From assembly GCA_964016885.1 (NCBI GenBank), contig OZ024740.1:8246001-8310000 (forward strand): a stretch of 64,000 nucleotides of DNA, given 5' to 3'. The DNA comes from Eledone cirrhosa (Eukaryota). Numbering within the stretch: the stretch's first letter is position 1; the number at the start of each line of letters is the position of its first letter. Below the pieces are notes generated by a model that was not told the DNA's origin, ran no database searches, and worked only from the letters and a program-made list of their open reading frames with translations. The translations under genes and the position numbers were made by a program. Positions 1-11,431 of this stretch are shown here, in pieces.

Positions 1-2396
1 TATCAGTTTCTATCGGTATGTCAGTTTCTATTGGTATATCAGCTTCGATTGATATATCAGTTTCGATTAGTATGTAAGTTTCTACTGGTAAGTCAGTTTG
101 GATTGGTATGTCAGTTCCGATTGGTATGTCAGTTTCGATTGGTATGTCAATTTCGATTGGTATATCAGTTTCGATTACTATGTTAGTTTCTATTGGAATA
201 TCAGTTTCCATTGGTATATCAGTTTCGATTGGTATGTCAGTTTCTATTTTTATATCAGTTTCGACTGGTATATCAGTTTCGATTAGTATAATCAGTTTCT
301 ATTGGTATGTCAGTTTCAATTGGTATATCAGTTTCGATTAGTATGTCAGTTTCTATTGCTATGTTAGTTTTGATTAGTATATCAGTTTCTATTGGTATGT
401 CACTTTCGATCGGTATGTCAGTTTCTATTGATATATCAGTTTTGATTGGTATATCAGTTTCTATTGGTATATCAGTTTCTATTGGTATGTCAGTTTTGAT
501 TGGTATGTCAGTTTCGATAGGTATGTCAGTTTTGATTGGTATATCAGTTTTGATTGGTATGTCAGTTTCGATTGATATGTCAATTTCGATTGGTATATCA
601 GTTCCGATTGGTATGTCAGTTTCGATTGGTATGTCAATTTCGATTGGTATATCAGTTTCGATTAGTATGTCAGTTTCTATTGGTATGTTAGTTTCGATTA
701 GTATATCACTTTCTATTGGTATGTCAGTTTCGATTGGTATGTCAGTTTCTATTGATATATCAGTTTGATTGGTATATCAGTTTCGATTGGTATATCAGTT
801 TCGATTGGTATGTCAATTTCTATTGGTATATCAGTTTCTATTGGTATGTCAGTTTTGATTGGTATATCAGTTTCGATTGGTATGTCAGTTTCGATTGGTA
901 TGTCAGATTCGATTGTTATATCAGTTCCGATTGGTATGTCAGTTTTGATTGGTATATCAGTTTCTATTTGTATATCAGTTTCGATTGGTATATCAGTTTC
1001 GATTGTTATATCAGTTTCGATTGGTATATCAGTTTTGACTGGTATGTCTGTTTCGATTAGTATATCAGTTTCTATTGGTATGTCAGTTTCTATTGGTATA
1101 TAGGTTTCGATTGGTATATCAGTTTCAATTAGTATGTCAGTTTCTATTAGTATGTTAGTTTCGATTAGTATATCAGTATCTATTAGTATGTCAGTTTTGA
1201 TTGGTATATCAGTTTCAATTGGTATGTCAATTTCGATTGGTATGTCAGTTTCGATTGGTATATCAGTTCCGATTGGTATGTCAGTTTCGATTGGTATCTC
1301 AGTTTCGATTGGTATAACAGTTCCGATTGGTATGTCAGTTTCGATTAGTATATCAGTTTCTATAGGTATGTTAGTTTCTATTGGTATATCAGTTTCGATT
1401 GGTATATCAGTTTCGATGGTATGTCAGTTTCGATTGGTATATCAGTTTCTATTGGTATATCAGTTTCGATTGATATATCAGTTTCGATTAGTATGTCAGT
1501 TTCGATTGGTATGTCAGTTTCGACTGGTATATCAGTTTCGATTAGTATAATCAGTTTCTATTGGTATGTCAATTACTATTGGTATATCAGTTTCGATTGG
1601 TATATCAGTTTCGATTAGTATGTCACTTTCTATTGCTATGTTAGATTCGATTAGTATATCAGTTTCTATTGGTATGTCAGTTTCAATTGGTATGTCAGTT
1701 TTGATTGGTATATCAGTTTCGATTGGTATATCAGTTTTGATTGGTATGTCAGTTTCGAATGGTATATCAGTTTCTATTGGTATGTCAGTTTTCATTGGTA
1801 TGTCAGTTTCGATTGGTATGTCAGTTTTGATTGGTATATCAGTTTCGATTGGTATGTCAGTTTCGATTGATATGTCAATTTCGATTGGTATATCAGTTCC
1901 GATTGGTATGTCAGTTTCGATTGGTATGTCAGTTTCGATTGGTATATCAGTTTCGATTAGTATGTCAGTTTCGATTGGTCTGTCAATTTCGATTGGTATA
2001 TCAGTTTCGATTAGTATGTCAGTTCTATTGGTATGTTAGTTTCGATTAGTATATCACTTTCAATTGGTTTGTCAGTTTCGATTGGTATGTCTGTTTCTAT
2101 TGATATATCAGTTTCGATTGGTATATCAGTTTTGATTGGTATATCAGTTTCGATTGGTATGTCAGTCTCTATTGGTATATCAGTTTCGATTAGTATGTCA
2201 GTTTCTATTGGTATGTTAGTTTCGATTAGTATGTCAGTTTCTATTGGTATGTTAGTTTCGCTTAGTATATCAGTTTCGATTGGTATATCAGTTTCGACTG
2301 GTATGTCAGTTTCGATTAGTATATCAGTTTCTATTGGTATGTCAGTTTCTATTGGTATATCAGTTTCGATTGGTATATCAGTTTCGATATACCAAT

Positions 2397-2735
2397 ATAC
2401 AGGGTACCCGACCTCCCATGGGTACATGCTGAAGCATATAAACAATATGCCCCCACTCCCCCCTCCGCAAGGTGGTCGTGGAGGTGCCACGGCAAAAAAG
2501 CACCCAGCCCACACTGTAAAGTGGGCGTGTAGGCGCCACGAAAAAGCACCCAGCACTCACTGTAAATGAGGTTGGTGTTAGGAAGGGCATCCAGCTGTAG
2601 AAATCAAGCCAGATCAGTTCCTGTATGAGCAAGGCATGGTCAGCCGACCAGACACTGCCCACAACAGGACAACCCGTCTAACCCATGCTAGCGTGTAAGA
2701 ACGGACGTAAAACGGTGATGATGATGATGATGATG
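2397..2735 (+). mobile_element. RTE-like LINE subfamily A, copy A1: severely 5'-truncated (last ORF codons, 3' UTR, (GAT)n tail)
   Basis: Near-identical to 11091-11431. Ends ACGGACGTAAAACGGT(GAT)n. Confidence 0.93.
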
Positions 2736-5700
2736 TTAGTTTCGATTAGTATATCAGTATCTATTAATATGTCAGTTTCGATTGTTATATCAGTTTCGAC
2801 TGGTATGTCAGTTTCGATTAGTATATCAGTCTCTCTTGGTATGTCAGTTTCTATTGGTATATCAGTTTCGATTGGTGTATCAGTTTCGATTAGTATGTCA
2901 GTTTCTATTAGTATGTTAGTTTCGATTAGTATATCAGTATCTATTAGTATGTCAGTTTCGATTGTTATATCAGTTTCGATTGGTATATCAGTTTCGACTG
3001 GTATATCAGTTTCAATTAGTATAATCAGTTTCGATTGGTATGTCAGTTTCGATTGGTATGTCAGTTTCGATTGGTATATCAGTTCCGATTGGTATGTCAG
3101 TTTCGATTGGTATGTCAGTTTCGATTGATATATCAGTTCCGATTGGTATGTAAGTTTTGATTGGTATGTCAGTTTCGATTGGTATGTCAGTTTCGATTGG
3201 TATATCAGTTTCGATTGGTATGTCAGTTTCGATTGGTATATCAGTTTCGATTGGTATGTCAGTTTTGATTGGTATATCAGTTTCGATTGGTATGTCAGTT
3301 TCGATTAATATGTCAATTTTGATTGGTATATCAGTTCCGATTGGTATATCAGTATCGATTGGTATGTCAGTTTCGATTTGTATGTCAATTTCGTTTGGTA
3401 TATCAGTTTCGATTAGTATGTCAGTTTCTATTGGTATGTTAGTTTCGATTAGTATATCACTTTCTATTGGTATGTCAGTTTCGATTGGTATGTCTGTTTC
3501 TATTGATATATCAGTTTCGATTGGTATATCAGTTTTGATTGGTATATCAGTTTCGATTGGTATGTCAGTTTCGATTGGTATGTCAGTTTCGATTGGTATA
3601 TCAGTTTCGATTATTATATCAGTTTCGATTGGTATATCAGTTTCGACTGGTATGTCAGTTTCGATTAGTATATCAGTTTCTATTGGTATGTCAGTTTCTA
3701 TTGGTATATCAGTTTCGATTGGTATATCAGTTTCGATTAGTATGTCAGTTTCTATTAGTATGTTAGTTTCGATTAGTATATCAGTATCTAGTAGTATGTC
3801 AGTTTCGATTGGTATGTCTGTTTCTATTCATATATCAGTTTCGATTGGTATATCAGTTTCGATTGGTATATCAGTTTCGATTGGTATCTCAGTTTCTATT
3901 GGTATGTTAGTTTCGATTAGTATGTCAGTTTCTATTAGTATGTTAGTTTCGATTAGTATATCAGTTTCTATTAGTATGTCAGTTTCAATTGGTATGTCAG
4001 TTTCTATTCATATATCAGTTTCGATTGGTATATCAGGTTCGATTGGTATATCAGTTTCGATTGGTATGTCAGTTTCGATTGGTATATCAGTTCCGATTGG
4101 TATATCAGTTTCGATTAGTATGTCAGTTTCTATTGGTATGTTAGTTCCTATTGGTGTATCAGTTTCGATTGGTATATCAGTTTCGATTAGTATGTCAGTT
4201 TCTATTAGTATGTTAGTTTCGATTAGTATATCAGTTTCTATTAGTATGTCAGTTTCAATTGGTATGTCAGTTTCTATTCATATATCAGTTTCGATTGGTA
4301 TATCAGGTTCGATTGGTATATCAGTTTCGATTGGTATGTCAGTTTCGATTGGTATATCAGTTCCGATTGGTATATCAGTTTCGATTAGTATGTCAGTTTC
4401 TATTGGTATGTTAGTTTCGATTAATATATCACTTTCTATTGGTATGTCAGTTTCGATTGGTATGTCTGTTTCTATTGATACATCAGTTTTGATTGGTATA
4501 TCAGTTTTAATTGGTATATCAGTTTCGATTGTTATGTCAGTTTCTATTGGTATATCAGTTTCTATTGGTATGTCAGTTTTGATTGGTATATCAGTTCCGA
4601 TTGGTACCTAAATTTCAATAAGTATATTAGTTTCTATTGGTATGTCAGTTTCAATTAATATATCAGTTTCTATTGGTATGTCAGTTTCAATTAGTATATC
4701 AGTTTCTATTGGTATGTCAGTTTCGATTGGTATGTTAGTCCTCGAATTGAATGTCAGTTTCCATTGGTATATCAGTTTCTATTGGTATGTCAGTTTTGAT
4801 TACTATATCAGTTTCGATTGGTATATCAGTTTCGATTGGTATGTCAGTTTCTATTGGTATATAAGTTTCTATTGGTATGTCAGTTTTGATTGGTATATCA
4901 GTTTCGATTGGTATGTCAGTTTCGATTGGTATGTCAGTTTCGATTGGTATGTCAGTTTCTATTGGTATATCAGTTTCGATTGATATATCAGTTTCGATTA
5001 GTATATCAGTTTCTACTGGTATGTCAGTTTGGATTAGTATATCAGTTTCTATTGGTATGTCAGTTTCGATTGGTATATCAGTTTCGATTCGTATATCAGT
5101 TCCTATTGCTATATTAGTTTCTATTGGTATGTCAGTTTCAATTGGTATGTCAGTTTCTATTGGTATATCAGTTTCGATTGGTATATCAGTTTCTATTGGT
5201 ATGTCGGTTTCGATTGGTATGTCAGTTTCTATTGGTATATCAGTTTCGATGGATACATCAGTTTCGATTAGTATGTCAGTTTCTACTGGTATGTCAGTTT
5301 CGATTAGTATATCAGTTTCTATTGATATGTCAGTTTCGATTGGTATATCAGTTTCGATTGGTATGTCAGTTTTGATTAGTATATCAGTTTCTATTGGTAT
5401 GTCAGTTTCGATTGGTATATCAGTTTCGATTGGTATGTCTGTTTCGATTAGTATATCAGTTTCTATTGGTATGTCAGTTTCTATTGATATATCAGTTTCG
5501 ATTGGTATGTCAGTTTCGATTGGTATGTCAATTTCGATTGATATATCAGTTTCGATTAGTATGTCAGTTTCTATTGGTATGTTAGTTTCGATTAGTATAT
5601 CACTTTTTATTGGTATGTCAGTTTCGATTGGTATGTCTGTTTCTATTGATATATCAGTTTCGATTGGTATATCAGTTTTGATTGGTATATCAGTTTCGAT

Positions 5701-8700
5701 TGGTATGTCAGTTTCTATTGGTATATCAGTTTCGATTGGTATGTCAATTTCTATTGGTATATCAGTTTCTATTGGTATGTCAGGTTTGATTGGTATATCA
5801 GTTTCGATTATTATGTCAGTTTCGACTGGTATGTCAGTTTCGATTGGTATATCAGTTCCGATTGGTATGTCAGTTTTGATTGGTATATCAGTTTCTATTG
5901 GTGTATCAGTTTCGATTGGTATATCAGTTTCGATTGTTATATCAGTTTCGATTGGTATATCAGTTTCGACTGGTATGTCAGTTTCGATTAGTATATCAGT
6001 TTCTATTGGTATGTTAGTTTCTATTGTTATATCAGTTTCGATTGGTATATCAGTTTCGATTAGTATGTCAGTTTCTATTAGTATGTTAGTTTTGATTAGT
6101 ATATCAGTTTCTATTAGTATGTCAGTTTCGAATAGTATGTCAGTTTCTATTCATATATCAGTTTCGATTGGTATATCAGTTTCTATTGGTATGTCAGTTT
6201 TGATCGGTATATCAGTTTCTATTGGTATGTCAGTTTCAATTAATATATCAGTTTCTATTGGTATGTCAGTTTCAATTAGTATATCAGTTTCTATTGGTAT
6301 GTCAGTTTCGATTGGTATGTTAGTCCTCAAATTGAATGTCAGTTTCCTTTGGTATATCAGTTTCTATTGGTATGTCAGCTTTGATTAGTATATCAGTTTC
6401 GATTGGTATATCAGTTTCGATTGGTATGTCAGTTTCTATTGGTATATCAGTTTCTATTGGTATGTCAGTTTTGATTGGTATGTCAGTTTTGATTGGTATG
6501 TCACTTTCGATTGGTATATCAGTTCCGATTGGTATGTCAGTTTCGATTGGTATGTCAGTTTCGATTGGTATATCAGTTTCGATTGGTATGTCAGTTTCGA
6601 TTGGTACGTCAATTTCGATTGGTATATCAGTTTCGATTAGTATGTCAGTTTCTATTGGTATGTTAGTTTCGATTAGTATATCACTTTCTATTGGTATGTC
6701 AGTTTCGATTGGTATGTCTGTTTCTATTGATATATCAGTTTTGATTTGTATATCAGTTTTGATTGTTATATCAGTTTCGATTGGTATGTCAGTTTCTATT
6801 GGTATATCAGTTTCTATTGGTATGTCAGTTTTGATTGGTATATCAGTTTTGAATGGTATGTCAGTTTCGATTGGTATGTCAGTTTCGATTGGTATATCAG
6901 TTCCGATTGGTACGTCAGTTTCGATTGGTATGTCAGTTTCGATTGGTATGTCAGTTTCGATTAGTATATCAGTTTCTATTGGTATATCAGTTTCGATTGA
7001 TATATCAGTTTTGATTAGTATATCAGTTTCTACTGGTATGTCAGTTTCGATTAGTATATCAGTTTCTATTGGTATATCAGTTTCTATTGGTATGTCAGTT
7101 TAGATTAGTATATCAGTTTCGATTGGTATATCAGTTCCGATTGGTATGTCAGTTTTGATTGGTATATCAGTTTCTATTGGTATGTCAGGTTTGATTGGTA
7201 TATCATTTTCGATTATTATGTCAGTTTCGATTTGTATGTCAGTTTCGATTGGTATATCAGTTTCTATTGGTATGTCAGTTTTGATTACTATATCAGTTTC
7301 GATTGGTATATCAGTTTCGATTGGTATGTCAGTTTCTATTGGTATATCAGTTTCGATTGGTATGTCAGTTTCTATTGGTATATCAGTTTCTATTGGTATG
7401 TCAGTTTTGATTGGTATGTCAGTTTCGATTGGTATATCAGTTTCGATTGTTATGTCAGTTTCTATTGGTATATCAGTTTCGATTGGTATGTCAGTTTCGA
7501 TTGGTATGTCAGTTTCGATTGGTATGTCAGTTTCGATTAGTATATCAGTTTCTATTGGTATATCAGTTTCGATTGATATATCAGTTTTGATTAGTATATC
7601 AGTTTCTACTGGTATGTCAGTTTCGATTAGTATATCAGTTTCTATTGGTATATCAGTTTCTATTGGTATGTCAGTTTAGATTAGTATATCAGTTTCGATT
7701 GGTATATCAGTTCCGATTGGTATGTCAGTTTTGATTGGTATATCAGTTTCTATTGGTATGTCAGGTTTGATTGGTATATCATTTTCGATTATTATGTCAG
7801 TTTCGATTTGTATGTCAGTTTCGATTGGTATATCAGTTCCGATTGGTATGTCAGTTTTGATTGGTATATCAGTTTCTATTGGTGTATCAGTTTCGATTGG
7901 TATATCAGTTTCGATTGTTACATCAGTTTCGATTGGTATATCAGTTTCGACTGGTATGTCAGTTTCGATTAGTATATCAGTTTGTATTGGTATGTTAGTG
8001 TCTATTGTTATATCAGTTTCGATTGGTATATCATTTTTTCGATTAGTATGTCAGTTTCTATTAGTATGTTAGTTTTGATAAGTATATCAGTTCCTATTAG
8101 TATGTCAGTTTCGAATAGTATGTCAGTTTCTATTCATATATCAGTTTCGATCGGTATATCAGTTTCTATTGGTATGTCAGTTTCAATTAATATATCAGTT
8201 TCTATTGGTATGTCAGTTTCAATTAGTATATCAGTTTCTATTGGTATGTCAGTTTCGATTGGTATGTTAGTCCTCAAATTGAATGTCAGTTTCCTTTGGT
8301 ATATCAGTTTCTATTGGTATATCAGTTTTGATTAGTATATCAGTTTCGATTGGTATATCAGTTTCGATTGGTATGTCAGTTTCTATTGGTATATCAGTTT
8401 CTATTGGTATGTCAGTTTTGATTGGTATATCAGTTTTAATTGGTATGTCAGTTTCGATTGGTATGTCAGTTTCGATTGGTATATCAGTTTCGATTGATAT
8501 ATCAGTTTCGATTAGTATATCAGTTCCTATTGCTATATCAGTTTCTATTGGTATGTCAGTTTCAATTAGTATATTAGTTTCGATTGGTATGACAATTTCA
8601 ATTAGTATATCAGTTTCTATTGGTATATCAGTTTCGATTGGTATATCAGTTTCGATTGGTATATCAGTTTCGATTGGTATGTCAGTTTCTATTGGTATTT

Positions 8701-9221
8701 CAGTTTCTATGCGTATGTCAGTTTTGATTGGTATGTCAGTTTTGATTGGTATGTCAGTTTCGATTGGTATATCAGTTCCGATTCGTATGTCAGTTTCGAT
8801 TGGTATGTCAGTTTCGATTGGTATATCAGTTTCGATTGGTATGTCAGTTTCGATTGGTACGTCAATTTCGATTGGTATATCAGTTTCGATTAGTATGTCA
8901 GTTTCTATTGGTATGTTAGTTTCGATTAGTATATCACTTTCTATTGGTATGTCAGTTTCGATTGGTATGTCTGTTTCTATTGATATATCAGTTTTGATTT
9001 GTATATCAGTTTTGATTGTTATATCAGTTTCGATTGGTATGTCAGTTTCTATTGGTATATCAGTTTCTATTGGTATGTCAGTTTTGATTGGTATATCAGT
9101 TTTGAATGGTATGTCAGTTTCGATTGGTATGTCAGTTTCGATTGGTATATCAGTTCCGATTGGTACGTCAATTTCAATAAGTATATTAGTTTCTATTGGT
9201 ATGTCAGTTTCAATTAATATA

Positions 9222-11126
9222 TCTGTTTTACAACGTGAGGACCAGAAACAGGAGGTATTCAAGATTGCGAGGCAGTGTGTCAGAGATAGTTGTGATGTCA
9301 TTGGAGAGAAGTGTATCCGGAATGATAAAGGTGAGCTTGCCCTCACAAGTGCTGAGAAGAAAGATGCATGGAAGAGTCATTATGATAGATTACTAAATGA
9401 GGAGAATGCATGGGAAGAAGAGACCCTACCCCACGTAGACCCTATAGAGGGACCAGCAGTACAAGTCAGCGGCAGCGTAGTAAGTAAGGCAATCAGAGAT
9501 ATGAAGATAGGGAAGGCAACCGGTCCATCGGGTATAGCTGCCGAGATGCTGAAGGCATCTGGGTCTGTAGGTCACACTATAACCACACGTATCGTTAACC
9601 AGGTAATACTAGAGGGGGCCATACCAAAAGATTGGTGCAGTAGCATCATTGTCAACTGCTACAAAGGTAAAGGCGATGCACTAGATAGAGGAAACTATAG
9701 AGGTATAAAGTTGATGGACCAGGTCATGAAAGTAACAGAAAGAGTTATAGCACAGCTGATTAGGGACCGGGTGAATATAGACGAGATGCAATTTGGGTTT
9801 GTTCCAGGGAAAGGCACCACTGATGCGCTCTTCCTTGTGAGGCAATTACAGGAAAAGTACCTAGCTAAAAGTAAGCCACTCTACTTGACATTTGTCGACC
9901 TTGAGAAAGCCTTTGACAGAGTTCCACGTGCAGTAATCTGGTGGGCTCTTAGAAAACTAGGAGTAGATGAATGGCTTGTGAAAGCGGTACAAGCCATGTA
10001 TAGTGGAGCAGTCAGCAAAGTTAGGATTGGCAATGAGTATAGCGAGGAATTTAGCGTACAGGTTGGGGTCCACCAGGGCTCTGTTCTTAGCCCTCTCCTG
10101 TTCATCATAGTCCTGCAGGCAATAACGGAGGAGTTTAAGACCGGATGCCCATGGGAACTCCTGTATGCTGATGACCTCGCACTCATAGCTGAATCTATGG
10201 TAGAACTAGAGAATAAATTCCAAACCTGGAAGCAGGGACTAGAGAGAAAGGGCCTCAAAGTCAACATGACAAAGACTAAGGTCCTTATAAGTAGACGAGA
10301 AAACAGAACCCAGATCCCCTCAGGGAAATGGCCTTGCTCAGTATGTAGGAAAGGTGTAGGTAGGAACTCCATTCTTTGCCCCAAATGCAAACAATGGGTA
10401 CACAAGAGATGTAGCGGGATCTCAGGAAGCTTAATTAAGAATGTAGGATTCACATGCAGCAGCTGTGCTGAAACAGCAAGCAAACAGCCACAGGAAACAA
10501 GTACCACCAATCTCTGGGAGGGCCCTGTAGAAACAGTAGACAGCTTCTGCTACCTAGGTGACCGAATTAGCAACGGAGGTGGGTGCTCAGAAAGTACAAT
10601 AACTAGGGTAAGAACGGGATGGAAGAAGTTTAGGGAACTACTACCACTGCTAGCTGCAAAAGGCTTCTCCCTCAGAATGAAAGGCAGACTGTATGATGCG
10701 TGTATCCGAACAGCGATGTTGCATGGTAGTGAGACCTGGGCGCTGAAGGTGGAAGACTTACGTAGATTAGAGAGAAACGAAGCCTGCATGCTCCGATGGA
10801 TGTGTAACAGTAATATACGTGAACGACAAAGCATAAATGAATTGAGAGAGAGACTGAGCATAAGAGGAATCAAATGCTGCATGCAGGAGAGGCGGTTACG
10901 CTGGTATGGACATGTGATGCGTATGAAGGATGACAGCTGCATAAAAAGGTGCAGAGCACTAGAAGTTGATGGAAACCGCGGAGTGGGGAGACCCAAGATG
11001 ACTTGGGATGAGGTGATAAAAGCCGACCTTACCCAACTACACCTCTCAAAGTCAATGACACACGACCGTGACTTCTGGCGTCACGCAGTAATACAGGGTA
11101 CCCGACCTCCCATGGGTACATGCTGA
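9222..11126 (+). pseudogene. Uninterrupted 3' two-thirds of a LINE ORF: RTE-clade reverse transcriptase with an embedded PHD-type finger
   Basis: Motifs KATGPSGI, KGKGD..NYRGIKL, QFGF, FVDLEKAFDRV, GVHQGSVLSPLLF, YADD (10164-10175), F.YLG and the RTE-type C-terminus RRLRWYGHVMR..GRPK.TW. The ORF-track start at 8283 is satellite read-through. Confidence 0.93.
10335..10466 (+). other. PHD-type zinc finger (C4-H-C3) coding segment inside the RT ORF
   Basis: CSVC-x10-CPKC-x4-H-x2-C-x14-CSSC matches the PHD spacing CxxC..CxxCx4HxxC..CxxC. All 8 ligands are conserved in family B (61878-62009). Confidence 0.8.
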
Positions 11127-11431
11127 AGCATATAAACAATATGCCCCCCCCCCCCCCCCCACCGCAAGGTGGTCGTGGAGGTGCCACGGCAAAAAAGCAC
11201 CCAGCCCACACTGTAAAGTGGACGTGTAGGCGCCACGAAAAAGCACCCAGCACTCACTGTAAATGAGGTTGGTGTTAGGAAGGGCATCCAGCTGTAGAAA
11301 TCAAGCCAGATCAGTTCCTGTATGAGCAAGGCATGGTCAGCCGACCAGACACTGCCCACAACAGGACAACCCGTCTAACCCATGCTAGCGTGGAAGAACG
11401 GACGTAAAACGGTGATGATGATGATGATGAT
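11127..11431 (+). other. LINE 3' UTR: poly-C tract, three ~46-bp hairpin modules, terminal stem-loop, (GAT)n tail
   Basis: C17 at 11144-11160. Modules start at ~11159, 11206 and 11252. Nested stem CGTCT..CCATG-CTAG-CGTGG..GGACG at 11372-11404. Confidence 0.8.

Larger units (their letters stand above)
9222..11431 (+). mobile_element. RTE-like non-LTR retrotransposon subfamily A, copy A2: longest copy (~2.2 kb), 5'-truncated, no endonuclease domain
   Basis: RT ORF remnant, ~300-bp 3' UTR and (GAT)n tail. Probable short TSD (A)TATC, judged against the uninterrupted paralogous satellite site CAATTAATATATCAGTTTCTATTGG near 17542. Confidence 0.95.

Noticed and set aside
1-36. 9-bp ancestral sub-repeat in the monomer (ATCAGTT vs ATTGGTA)
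   Set aside because: Similarity is weak with uneven 10/8 spacing in AT-rich sequence, so it cannot be told from chance by eye.
9222-11126. Bacterial retron, group II intron, DGR or telomerase RT
   Set aside because: Motifs, C-terminus, variable 5' truncation, microsatellite tail and TSDs all fit a non-LTR RTE-like element.
11250-11300. Hammerhead or other ribozyme in the 3' UTR (CTG..TGA..GAAA-like words)
   Set aside because: No intact CUGANGA core with three correctly placed stems. HDV-like ribozymes of RTE elements lie at the 5' end, which is absent here.
9881-11359. Antisense ORFs over the LINE (209, 148, 92 aa) and their equivalents in other copies
   Set aside because: Shadows of the RT frame or UTR with no recognisable motifs. 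They recur only because the element is repeated.
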